64,000 nucleotides of DNA from Octopus sinensis (GCF_006345805.1 NC_043003.1:33852001-33916000); one strand, 5' to 3'. Positions 11,530 to 23,648 are shown, counted from the first letter of the stretch. Notes: a model not told the origin generated them from the sequence alone. Numbers and translations are program-made.

Positions 11530-12420
11530 AATTTGAATTCCTATCAAAGGAAAATGGAATATATTATCCATCCACAAATAAAAGAAAAACTGAAAAAAAT
11601 ATCAATGAAATTATGGTTCGTGGGTAATAGTGTACTGAAGAATATATTCGCCCTCAGTTTCACTAAAACCTCAAGACGGTTCCGGAATCTGGTGCATTTC
11701 TTTCTCATTGTGTACCTGGAAAGATCTTCGAACACCTCCGTAATCTTGGCCAGCAATAGGTACATTTAGTGTTTTCTTATCCGTGGCGCCACGTAGTAAT
11801 ACATGGGGTTACAATCGGAGGAAAGACGTGGTAGAAATTGAGGCTCGTGAAGTAGAAATTCTCCGACAAATACTTCTGAGTTTTTGTGGAGATATGCCAA
11901 GGAGTTGAATCCTACTGCCTCACATATCAGCAGCCCTTTCCAGACAGAGATTCATCACAGTCTTCAGCAGCTTCAGCAGCTTACGTACCCGTCAGAATTG
12001 AACCTAAATCTATGTTCAATGATTCAGAGACGCTGTCCCTTCCAGCTACCCACAGTTTCAAAATCTGCGTTAAAGCTGTCCATGTCAGATCTATAAACCC
12101 TTACATGGAGCACAGAGCAGCAGTTTTGATGTCATCATTTTGATACTAGGCGCGAATAAACTTGATACGGGTAACTTTTTTCCAACATCCAGATGCTTTC
12201 CTGTCAGCTAAATTTTTCTCAGCTAGAACCTTGATCCATATCATCTCTACTACCGACACCTGTTCACTAATACATCAAGCTGCTCTTAAAGAAAAAGTCT
12301 ACCTAAACATCAGGAAATGTTGGCCGAACATCCTGTACTTAACATGGACAGTTTTGCTTTAATTAAAGCTTCCCATCTGTCAAGTGTAGGACTTGGAAAT
12401 GGAAACATATACCTTAGTAA
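11530..12420 (-). pseudogene. Degraded coding remnant, unassigned (probably TE- or virus-borne) protein
   Basis: Minus strand gives protein-like blocks broken by stops and frameshifts: MFGQHFLMFR*, MIWIKVLAEKNLADRKASGCWKKVTRIKFIRA*, LWVAGRDS, NVPIAGQDYGGVRRSFQVHNEKEMHQIPEPS*. GC is above background and there are no introns. Resembles, from memory only, uncharacterised multicopy proteins of aquatic animals. Confidence 0.55.
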
Positions 12421-12894
12421 ATGTACAATACATTCATTAAAGAAATGGAACGAGTTAACCGTCACTCGAGCTCAGTTTCATCTTTAAATTTCTGCTACAA
12501 ATATATTTAATTTATCCAATGTAAGATTAAAATAAGATAATGCCTTTCAATAAACAAAAAGCGTTTTCTCTGCACTTTGACGCTTGTGTTATTGGTCTAA
12601 CTATACATATCACCCACCAAACCAGAACTGTATCATATACGTATTAATTAGTTCGCCAATTCCCAATGGTGCATCACTGCTTTCTTTTCCAGTGTGAAAG
12701 CATAATTGTTTCCAGTTTATAGAGTACTTATTAAACATAGAATGTCTGTCACCACGGATGGGTGCCAGGATGACAACCAATCAGTAAAGATGAGGAGACG
12801 GTATGAATAATCAGTGTGGTGAGGGAGTTATTATTACATCTCTGATTTTCTCATCTAACATTGAGATCTGGAGTGATTATGGCCTGTAATAATT

Positions 12895-12897
<3 letters not shown>

Positions 12898-12960
<63 letters not shown>
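12898..12960. repeat. (CA)n(TA)n compound microsatellite
   Basis: Direct observation. Confidence 0.95.
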
Positions 12961-12962
<2 letters not shown>

Positions 12963-15799
12963 CACACAGAGCTACACATCAAAATATACGGAAACTAGTT
13001 GATCACTTTTGAATACTTCTATGCTTATTAATGGATAAAGGATAAAGATGTGGACTACTTTATGCACAAACCTAAATCTCCTAAATAACTGACGATTTGG
13101 GATTTATAATATACCACGATAAAATATTTTGACACAATTTATATAATCTCAATAAGTATAACCTAGAGTAAATTATATTGTATATTACGAAGAAAATATA
13201 TGACAACATTGCAACGGTACTCGTTTGGGTTACGTGAATGACCATTTAACAAATATGAATATAATTTTATCATAGCGAAAAGTGACTTGGTAGAATTCGC
13301 AACGGATGGGACAGATTTCATTAATTACTCGAATTTTTCTTTCCGAGTTGAACCCCGATCTTTTTTCCTTTTCCTGAGGCTGAAAATATAGGAAACTATA
13401 ACGAATAGCCTTCTCACTGTACACTTCTCCACAAATGTGCGTCAATGGTGATGTTTCAGAAATCTGTAACATGTTCTAAATGATAACGCACATAACCGAG
13501 ATTGCTGTGAGCTTTCCAAATCTATTTGATATTTTCCCCTTTTAGTTTCGTGTTCAACTTATATTAGCGACAGATTTCACCATTATCTCTCTAATATCAA
13601 TGCAATATATAACACTAGTACGTGTACAGTTTCAACCAATTAACTACACACTTTCCCTTTATAAATATAATTTTATATCTAGAGGGGAAAAAATCATTAA
13701 TTTGGAATTTTTAAATTTCTAAGTTCAATGGCTGCTGAGAGCGAATTTGCCTTTCAGTGCACAGTAAAATATATAAGTACTATTAATATACTGAATTTGA
13801 GTCAATTAACTACATCCTTTTCTCACAAAAAAATTAACCTTGTGCACATTTATCAAATCAAAATATCGCTATAAGGAACAAAATGTCCCAATAGAAAACA
13901 GGTCATTTAATGTCAAATAGAGAAGACCGCGGGTTAATTTATAGGAAAAATTATACATCATAATGAAGATCGTATCATTAATGGTATTAAAACAAGTTCG
14001 ACTGAATAATAAAATTAATAATTATCATTCACAAGGAAGAGATAGAAAGGGGAAGTGAGATAGGTGGGGAAAAGAGAGAAAGAAGAAAAGAGAGAAAGAA
14101 AGAGGAAGTATACTAAAATGGTCTTGTTCTTTTCAAATTATTGTGAAGCAAAATATACAAAATACCAAAGTTTAAGAATAGTAGGAAATGCAACCACAGA
14201 CCATTGATACTCGAATAAAATTAAATAAAATATTAAATAACAAAATCGGAAGCAAATTCAAAAGAATTTTCCTGTTCTACATATCTTTATTCTGACTGTC
14301 TGATCAGAGTGTTCTTTTCTCAATGTTTTAAATGTTATCATTAAAATTATTTCTGCTGCTGGTTTTGCAGCAACGACACTGCTACTGTTGTATGTGGAAA
14401 AATTCTGCAGGAGTAGTTGTGCATTTGACAGTTGTCTCGTGGCGAGATTTTGAAATTCATTGTTAAAAATCTTCTCGCCGTATCAGCAGAAAGTGTCTTA
14501 AAACGTTAATTGTATTCAATTTTCCTGCTTTTAATTTTTAAATAAATAAACAAATACCACGAAGAACGACGAATACTTCAGTTAAACGTGTTAATAGTTA
14601 TGAGTAATTTTATACAAATTATCTGTTCCAAGAAACGTAGAACAATAACGTCCCATCGTATCTAGCTGACGAAGCATTTTCGATTTTCGGTTGAGTAGCT
14701 ACAAGGGTTTTCTTGTCCAGAAATAATTATCAAGCTTAATGATTCCTCTCCTTCCTGAACATTTATTCTTTCACTATACTTAGAATGCATGATGTCCTTC
14801 GATAATTTCTTTCAATAATTCTAAGGTTGTTTTACCATTTAATTTTCATTAAATCAAAATATTTCTCTCTCAGTCTTCTAGTTTCAGACAAGTACTGGTA
14901 GAGTTACACTTCGATAGTGAGACCTAATTGGACTGAAGTATGCTTTTAATATATTTGCCAAGATAATATTCTTCATCCACAACTTATACACCTATTTTTC
15001 GATTATTTGGATTTTAAAATATTTTACTCGATTTACCTAACATGAAACAACCACTAAAAATAATAGTTTTTGTAGCACTAAGATATAATTATTTAGGCAT
15101 CTATATTGTTTGCTAAACTAAGGACATTACCCTACACTTAAATATACGAGTTAATTTAGTAGCAATATCAATTCAAATATGAACCCACACTTAAACGCAT
15201 GGAGAAGTATTTCTTTCCTTTCCCTAAAGTGTATCACCATGCTGTGTTTAATCTTTACCTTTAATAGCAAGTCTGAGTTGAAGAGAAACATTGCACAGAT
15301 GCTGATGATTATACACAGCAAATAGTGATGCTTGTATTTTTCTCCACGGTAATTGCAATGAATTTGCCTTTTAGCAGTTGAAATATGACACAAACATATT
15401 TTAACTAACCTAAAATTTACTATATATTGTATTTCCGTTTTTATTCATTTTTGTTATTTAAGGAAAGTATATAATACATTTCTAAATGTAAATCTGTGAG
15501 CGGACAGAATCGTTGGGACTCCGGGCAAATTGCTTTGTTTCATTCCGTCCGCCTTTATTTTCTGAATTCAATTTTCTCCAAGTTCGATTTTACCATTCGG
15601 AGTCAATAAAACAATTATCATCTGGACACTAGCGTTGATGTAATCAAATTATTAGCCTCCTTCGAAACCGTTGGCCTTATGCCGAAATTTGAAACCAATA
15701 CATATAGGAATTTTCTTTTTTGTTATTAATTTAAAAATAAAAACTCTGTTGTATCTGAAAACTACAACCAATTACATGCGAATCACAATATAAAAATGT

Positions 15800-16002
15800 T
15801 GATCTCATATGTTGGCACAAGGCTATCAATTTCGGGGAAAGGAACATCCTCACCAGTGTTCAACCGGTATTTGTTTTATGGGACCCGAAATAATGAAGAC
15901 AAAGTTGACGTCAGCGGATTTTGAACTTAGAACGTAAAGTAGTACGAAATGACACCAGACATTTTGACCGGCGTACGAACGCCTCTGTCAGTCCGCCGCC
16001 TT
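15800..16002 (-). mobile_element. SINE family A, diverged, with TSD
   Basis: Family A motifs. TCACAATATAAAA at 15783-15795 and 16006-16018. Confidence 0.75.
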
Positions 16003-16029
16003 AATTCACAATATAAAATATTGACTATG

Positions 16030-16870
16030 TACGAGGGTGAGTCAAAAAGTAATGCCATTTTCTTTATTTCATGTGAAGTTTTTGATAAAAATAACTGAAA
16101 ATTTTCCCAGATATAAATGATTATATCATTTACGTTCTGATATATTGTTTCTTACTTTACAGGTTTTTAGACTGGGATGGAAAATTCAAAATGGCTGCCC
16201 CCTTAGAGTTACGTCAAAAACAAAGAGCAGTGATTGAACTCCTAGTTGCTGAGGAAACCTCTGTGAACATTCACCGATGATTAGAAAATGGCTTTGAGGA
16301 CAATACTTTAGATTATAGCAATGTATGCAGGTGGATCCGTCGTCTGAAAGATGAAAAAGTGGGAACTGTGAGTATAGACGATAAACCCCGCTCTGGCAGT
16401 CCATCCGCTTCTGTGAGTCCTACCAATAAAGCAAAAGAAAATACAGGAGCATAACTCTTGATGAGTTGGCAGAAAACCTTGAAGTGAGCAATGGAAGAGC
16501 TTACATCATTGTCGAATAATTTTGCTTTTCCAAAGTAAGTGCCCGTTGGGTACTGAGAGAGCTGACTACCGAACGCAATACTGACATGGTTCAATGCCTG
16601 CACTGAACTTCTCGAACAAATTCAAAGAGACAACACCTTCTCTCGAAGGCTCGTAACAGGTGATGAAATATGGGCTCATCAATATGAACCGGAATCAAAG
16701 AGGCAGTCAATTGAATGGCGCCACTCTACGTCACCACCACCGAAAAAGTTCAAGAACCAAAAGTCAGCTGAAAAAATCATGGCGACTGTCTTCTGGGATG
16801 CTCAAGGTGTCATCCTGGTCGATTTTCCAAAAGGGAAAAACAATAAACTCTGAGGCCTACATTGAGACAA
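16030..16870 (+). mobile_element. Mariner transposon 5' half (irritans/Hsmar2-like), pseudogene
   Basis: TA|CGAGGGTGAGTCAAAAAGT TIR. Peptides QRAVIELLVAE, RWIRRLKDE...IDDKPRSGSP, SARWVLR (WVPR-like), TGDEIWAHQYEPESKRQS..W, KIMATVFWDAQGVILVDF. Truncated before the second catalytic Asp. Confidence 0.92.
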
Positions 16871-16917
16871 GTATATGCAATATACATATCAAATGTAATG
16901 TTATTAGATACAATATA

Positions 16918-17456
16918 ATGATTTCAAATTTTGCCACTAGGGAAGCGATTTTGGGGTAAGGGGTGAGTTGATTACATCTACTGGTACTTTATCGACCCCG
17001 AATAGATGAAAAATAAAGTCGACCTCGGTGGGATTTGAACTCAGAACGTATCAATGGGTGAAATACCTATTTCTTTACTACCCACAAGGGGTTAAACACA
17101 GAGAGGACAAACAAGAACAGACAAACGGATTAAATCGATTATATCGACCCCAGTGCGTAACTGGTACTTATTTAATCGACCCCGAAAGGATGAAAAGCAA
17201 AGTCGACCTCGGCGGAATTTGAACGTAGCGGCAGACGAAATGCCTATTTCTTTACTATCCACAAGGGGCTAAACACAGAGAGGACAAACAAGGACAGACA
17301 AACGGATTAAATCGATTATATCGACCCCAGTGCGTAACTAGTACTTAATTTATCGACCCCAAAAGGATGAAAGACAAAGTCGAACTCGGCGGAATTTGAA
17401 CTCAGAACGTAGCGACAGATGAAATACCGCTAACGATTCTGCCATCTCGCCACCTT
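16918..17456 (-). mobile_element. Head-to-tail trimer of SINE family A
   Basis: Three ATCGACCCC.AAAGGATGAAA..CAAAGTCGA.CTCGG.GG.ATTTGAAC cores at about 17000, 17180 and 17355. Only the last carries the 5' head. Confidence 0.9.
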
Positions 17457-18309
17457 ATTAAATATAATACTAATTACACAGCAGTTAATAATTCTTATTC
17501 ATTACAACATAGATTCTTTTGAAAAAGGATTTACAAATGTTATAGAAACTAGTTAAGCATCGAAACATCACGATTATACTGTAAACAAAATTATTATTGA
17601 AAGTTTATAGAAAACTATTAAATGTATAAATTATTCTAAAACTAAATTTATTCTCAAAATTTGATTCTTCGGATTGTGTGAAGTCCAGTTTAGTAATATC
17701 GAAGGAGCAGTCTTAGAAGAAAACAACTATAATATTAAATATGGAACAAAAACTGAAGACAGCATCCATGATCATATTTTAATTTAGTACGAGCACGTTG
17801 GAAAACCTTGGAGAAACAACAAAACTTTGAAGTATATCTTTATTTTTTGCAAGAAAATTTTATAATACTAGATTAATAGCTTCCGCGTATAGTTTCTAAA
17901 GGTAGAATCGATCTACATATTCAAAGAAACACACACAAACACACACGCACACACACATACATACTCGTATACACATATCTACATATTTATAACTCCGGGC
18001 ATGTTTCGATCTTATTGGATCTGTACAGCAAAGTTTAGACTTAATCTATATAATTGATATTTACGTTGGGAAGACGGCAACATTCGCATAATAATTACAG
18101 TTATTTAAACCACTTAGCGATGAGTATATATAAGCCCATCCTTCTAATTATGTACGGCCTTTGTGTTCTATAGAATCAGAACGAAGTGATGGTCATTTAT
18201 AAATACATAATGCATTCTTCCTTGTTTTATTTGCAAAACAATTGATTTAATAAATAAGATCACCTGTGATAAATATAATATAATATAATATAATATAATA
18301 TAATATAAT

Positions 18310-18357
<48 letters not shown>

Positions 18358-18364
18358 CATACAT

Positions 18365-18916
18365 GGTGGCTGGCCGCTCGTTATTGAGTATGGCCATTGC
18401 ACGAAGCTTAATCAATGTTGTTATCGTTCAATGTCTGTGCAAGAGGATTTTTCTCAAGTGAGGAAAGGCTGTGCACTGAGTCAATCCCACTCACTAAGCA
18501 ACAGCAGCCATAATCCGAAAAGAAGAACAATCAACATCATCGGTAACCACTGAGCCGCAGATTTTATGTCGGAGTTATCCCAGTTACCTGATTTACCTTC
18601 TCCTAGAAGGATGCCCTAACAAAGGCTAGGAGTCCTTCACTCCCAATGGTTTAACCGTGCGATCGGGTATTCAGTCCGATTATTTCTATGTCCCCGCACA
18701 TGACACATCCTTAAGACATTTATTGGATGGCCGTTGACTCTCAAAAGTTCCTCTGCCCTTTGACGGGCTTTGTTTTTTATCCCGCAGGGTGTCCAATAAA
18801 CACCCTCCTCACCAAGAAAGCTTGGTGGGGTTGCCAGTTTAGTCTCCGACGACCCGACCATGCAACAGGTTGTACTGGGTTACATGTTACCAGAAGCACT
18901 CGAAAGTGACCTGACA
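18365..18916 (-). mobile_element. RTE-type LINE 5' region (no ORF retained)
   Basis: Minus strand contains TTAGGGCATCCTTCTAGGAGAAGGTAAA, recalled as the RTE 5'-UTR motif ...CTAGGAGAAGG.AAA. GC-rich with stacked hairpins, ends at a (TA)n run. Assignment from memory. Confidence 0.55.
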
Positions 18917-18920
18917 TAAT

Positions 18921-18954
<34 letters not shown>

Positions 18955-19340
18955 CTGGCTGTATCGCCCGGCGTCGCTCGGGTTTGTAAGGGAAATAACT
19001 ATAAAGCATTTTTAGAGAGTTATAGCCAAAAAGTACCAAAAAATTGGAAAAAAAAAATAATGGTAAATTTTTCTTTGAGAGTTAAAAAGGTCGAGTTGCG
19101 TCCCCTAGACAGTCTGTGGTTTGTGTTTCTAATTCTCGACCCCATGTCGAATTTATCGATTTTTTCAGAACTGGGGGAACTTTTCAAAATTTTCACTGCG
19201 TTAGTTTTGAATTATGACATTGGGCTATGTGTGTGTCAAGTTTCATCAGAATCGGTTGAAAGCCGTGGTCAGGGTGAGGGTACAACCTAACAGACACACA
19301 GACACGCAGACAGACAAACTGCCGTTTATATATAGAGAGA
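18955..19340 (-). mobile_element. Non-autonomous Helitron
   Basis: Minus strand starts A|TCTCTCTATATATAAA and ends CCCGAGCGACGCCGGG hairpin...CCAG|T (CTAG variant). A/T insertion site, no TSD. Confidence 0.85.
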
Positions 19341-19364
19341 TTACATATGTTTTTGTTTTTTGTT

Positions 19365-19412
19365 TTTCCAGTTTCAGCTCTTGAGCTGTGGCCATGCTGG
19401 GGCACCGCCATT
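19365..19412 (-). mobile_element. SINE family C 3' fragment
   Basis: Matches the tail GGCGGTGC.CCAGCATGGCC.CAG..A...CTGAAAC of the 24611 and 36085 copies. Confidence 0.6.
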
Positions 19413-19421
19413 GTGGTGAAA

Positions 19422-19572
19422 GAGTACAGCAGGGATCACCACCCCCTGCCGGAGCCTCGTAGAGCTTTTAGGTGTTTTCGCTCAATAAACACACACAACG
19501 CCCGGTCTGAGAATCGAAACCGCGATCCTGCGACCGCGAGTCCGCTGCCCTAACCACTAGGCCATTGCGCCT
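19422..19572 (-). mobile_element. tRNA-derived SINE family B (head and core)
   Basis: Reverse complement of the 34118 copy: GGCGCAATGGCCTAGTGGTTAGGGCAGCGGACTCGCGGTCGCAGGATCGCGGTTTCGATTC (A and B boxes). Confidence 0.9.
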
Positions 19573-20355
19573 CTACGTATACATATATATGTATATAAAT
19601 GAAAAGATTTATAAACAAACGACATAACGTATACTGAATGTAAAAACGAACGGGAGACAAGCAGAAAGACTGTAATTCTTCATCAGTTATCAGCCAATTT
19701 GTAATATACGGTTTCGTACCTTTAATGATAAGACTGAGTGCTTCCAAATTGGTGGTGCCCGCAAAAAGAAGTTTTTCTTGCGGAGAATTAGGGAGAAGAG
19801 CAACCAAAACAAAGCAAGCAAAATGCCACAGAGTGTGATTTAAGACGGTTGACGAGGACGAACAGTCGGACAAAATAAGGCCTTGGGGCCACGGAGACGA
19901 GAATAATGGGTAACGCTAAGAAAATGTATTGCAGTATGGAGAACGGTGAGACAGAATTTGCGACTTGAGGAAGGGGCCACTGGTCACCTGATAGCAGCAG
20001 GCAGAGGAGAAAGAGAGCATGGAGAGGTAGCGACAGTGAAAAAAAAAAGGAAAGGGCTGAAAGGGAAGGAGAAAGGCTGGGGATTACGAGAGGGAGATAG
20101 AAAAACAGCGTAAGTAGAAAAGGTAGACTAGAAGTGAGAGGGTGAGAGAAAGAGATGGGGAAAAAAATGAAGACAATAGAGAGAGAGGGAGAGAAGAGAA
20201 AGTCACATGGGTATACAAAAAACTTGTAAATACAAATTCGGTGTGTGTTGCGTTCCATTACTTAATAAATGAAAACCAGTATCAACAAACAACATAATGT
20301 ATACTGAATGTAAAAACGTATACTGAATATATATATGTTTATTTAGATATTACAA

Positions 20356-20580
20356 GAGGAGAGGCCACCAGGTGGATCCTTTGTATGCTAAAAATAGACG
20401 TCAAACCGTCCTACCACGAAATCTGTGTTTGTTCTCAAGTTAAGTGCTATGTTTATTTCTTTTCAATTGTCTAACTCATAAACATCTAGCGTCTTGCTAA
20501 TTTGAGAACTCAGATTTCATGGTAGGGTGGTTTGACGTCTATTTTTAGCCTACCAGGTAGCCACTTAGAAGTCTTTCCTC
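20356..20580. mobile_element. Palindromic MITE-like element
   Basis: GCTAAAAATAGACGTCAAACCGTCCTACCACGAAATCTG (20387-20425) is the inverse of 20511-20549 (36/39). Weaker pairing continues inward and outward (GAGGA...TCCTC). Confidence 0.8.
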
Positions 20581-20729
20581 TAGATTATATCGAATTCATG
20601 ATCACGGACATTTTTTAAGTATGCTGACCGCTGGTTGAAATTGATATTATTTAATAATATTAATTTCTACTCTTATAGTGTTTACTCCCACTGCGTAGTA
20701 CATTGAACAGGTGACTTCTAGAATACCCT

Positions 20730-20993
20730 TACACAGAGGACAAGCAACAGAGAAGATTAGAGGGGAGGAGGTAAGGGGTTACAGGTCCAACAACTCTTTC
20801 TGGGGGATCGGAGATCCATCATAATGTTGGTAAATGTAATTTACCACCATCAAGATGATGTTGGTAGATTATGATTTTGGTAAATTACATACACGAACAA
20901 TATCATGGATCTCTGAGCTCCCAGAAACACCTGTTGAACTTATAACACCTTACCTACACCTTCTAATTTTCTCTGTTGTTTGTTCTCTGTATA
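20730..20993. mobile_element. Foldback/MITE-like element with about 113-bp arms and TA flanks
   Basis: 20733-20846 versus the reverse complement of 20878-20990 is about 80% identical by manual alignment. TA at 20730-31 and 20992-93. Confidence 0.75.
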
Positions 20994-21099
20994 ATTTTGA
21001 TCTATTAACATCCAAATATCTATGCATTTATAGTAAAATATTTATTGTCTGAAAATTTTCAGTCTTTGCTTTCTTTTTCTTTACACGTACACACGCAAT

Positions 21100-21133
<34 letters not shown>

Positions 21134-21537
21134 CATATGTATATATATATATATATGTTGTATAAGGTAAGTCTACATTAATTCACTTATTTGTTTTCTT
21201 GTGATTTACCTTGAATTTACTTCACATTGTTTTGGCCTTACTCACGATCTTTTATACAATATAGTGTATATCAAATCCATCCTGTTATATTTAATTAGTT
21301 TATCTGCATAATTGCCTCCATATCTGCTCACCTGGATTCCAGTTAAAGCTACTCGTTACCCCAAAGAATCGATCCCACATAATGACATTGGAGTCAATGT
21401 TTGTATCGTTTGAGCGCTATAGTGAATTCTATACCGAGAATCTCTGTATCTCATCTGGTGACTATATATATATGTACACCACATACACACACACATATAT
21501 ATATATATGTGTACATATATATATATATGTACATATA

Positions 21538-21704
21538 TACGACGGGCTGCTTTCAGTTACCGTATACCAAATCCACTCACAAGGCTTTCGTCGGACCGAG
21601 GCTATAGTAGAAGACACTTGCCCAAGGTGCCACGCAGTGGGACTGAACCCGGAACCATGTAGTTCGTAAGCAAGCTACTTACCACACAGCCACTCCTACA
21701 CCTA
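21538..21704 (-). mobile_element. tRNA-derived SINE family C, 5' half
   Basis: Minus strand: TGGCTGTGTGGTAAG (A box), GGTTCAGTCCC (B box), then GCACCTTGGGCAAGTGTCTT (CORE/V-like central motif). Confidence 0.9.
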
Positions 21705-22148
21705 CAAATATGTATATATATATATTTTTTTCGCGCTCACACACTCACAAACACAAACTCACATATACACGTGCGAGCGTTACTTGTTTCATTCATTACA
21801 CTGAAGTCCAATTTCACGCTTTCTAATGAAGCACCGTGCAATATGGTTTCCTGTGCTTACCATGTTCTGAGTACAATCCACCTTGCTCAGATCTTCTGGC
21901 CTCTGGAAATCTCACACTTGAGCTTTATGTTATTGAGTTCATATTCTAAGTGAATTGATTTTTAACTTTCTTTTCGATGCTGAAGAGTAATATACCGGTG
22001 ATAATTTAATTGTGGAGGATAAAACTTCGCTCTTAAAAAAAATTCTTTTAAGTTTCTAACATAATCAAAACATAGAAAGTATACACACATGTGTACACAT
22101 ATACGTGTGTGTATGTGTATATATATGTATATTATATATATGTATATA

Positions 22149-22190
<42 letters not shown>

Positions 22191-22527
22191 CGAGTAATAT
22201 ATTGATAAACCTGTATAGTTGCTCTAGTAGTGCATGACAGTAAACATTGAATTGTGTAAAGTGTTAAGAAGTTCAAGCGCAGATTTGTAATTTTATTGAT
22301 GAGTTAATGACGTGACCTGAAAGTCTGATGAAAGAAAAGAAATTGCTATTAAAAATGAATTAGAATATAATTATCAACGATAATAAAAAAACTAGTCATT
22401 ATCATGTATCTTACAAATAAGTTATGTTCATACCATGTGATGTTGATGAAAATACAATATATACCGAGGGAGGCCTACTTCGTAAACTCTTGGGCATTAT
22501 ATTTGTCGTTCCAATGTTGAATTATTA

Positions 22528-22531
22528 TGGA

Positions 22532-22611
<80 letters not shown>

Positions 22612-22682
22612 ATCTATCTATCTATCTATCTTTCAGTCTATCTATCTGTCTCTTTCTCTCTCTCTCTTCTCTCTCTCTCCTC

Positions 22683-22734
<52 letters not shown>

Positions 22735-22740
22735 ATATAT

Positions 22741-22778
<38 letters not shown>
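22528..22778. repeat. (ATCT)n(CT)n(TA)n compound microsatellite
   Basis: Direct observation. Confidence 0.95.
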
Positions 22779-22783
<5 letters not shown>

Positions 22784-23062
22784 GAACACACATAAATATG
22801 TATGTATAAGACTCAGCATAATATGAATATATTATGTATATAGTCCCCTGTTCTATATTCGTTATGTATGACTATAGTCTATTCTATGTATATGTCCACT
22901 GGTTATTCTCTATATTTATCTACGTTTAACGATTTGTCTTCTGTTTGTTGCGCCTTTGATTTCTTCTTCTTTTTCTATTTTTCACATTATTTATGATTTT
23001 GGTACGATATTCTGGTGTCTCTTTTAAATGTTTTTTCTTCTCTCTCTTTCTATTTTCCGCAG

Positions 23063-23128
<66 letters not shown>

Positions 23129-23423
23129 TATATATATATACACACGAACACACATAAATATGTATGTATAAGACTCAGCATAATATGAATATATTATGTA
23201 TATAGTCCCCTGTTCTATATTCGTTATGTATGACTATAGTCTATTCTATGTATATGTCCACTGGTTATTTCTCTATATTTATCTACGTTTAACGATTTGT
23301 CTTCTGTTTGTTGCGCCTTTGATTTCTTCTTCTTTTTCTATTTTTCACATTATTTATGATTTTGGTACGATATTCTGGTGTCTCTTTTAAATGTTTTTTC
23401 TTTCTCTCTCTTTCTATTTTCCG

Positions 23424-23465
<42 letters not shown>
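22778..23465. repeat. About 362-bp tandem duplication
   Basis: 22778-23062 recurs at 23140-23426. The unique parts differ only by two 1-bp indels. Confidence 0.95.
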
Positions 23466-23467
<2 letters not shown>

Positions 23468-23610
23468 AGTCTGTATGTCTGTCCGTCTATCTCTCTATCT
23501 ATTAACATATATAGAGAGAGAGACAGAGAGAGATGGAGAGAGAGGAAAAGAGATAGAGGAAGACAGATAGGTAAATGAATATATATACATATATATATAC
23601 ATATATATAT

Positions 23611-23648
<38 letters not shown>

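Noticed and set aside
19422-19572. tRNA-like heads of SINE families A-D as tRNA genes
   Set aside because: A and B boxes are present, but there is no complete cloverleaf or acceptor stem and each continues into a repeated SINE body.
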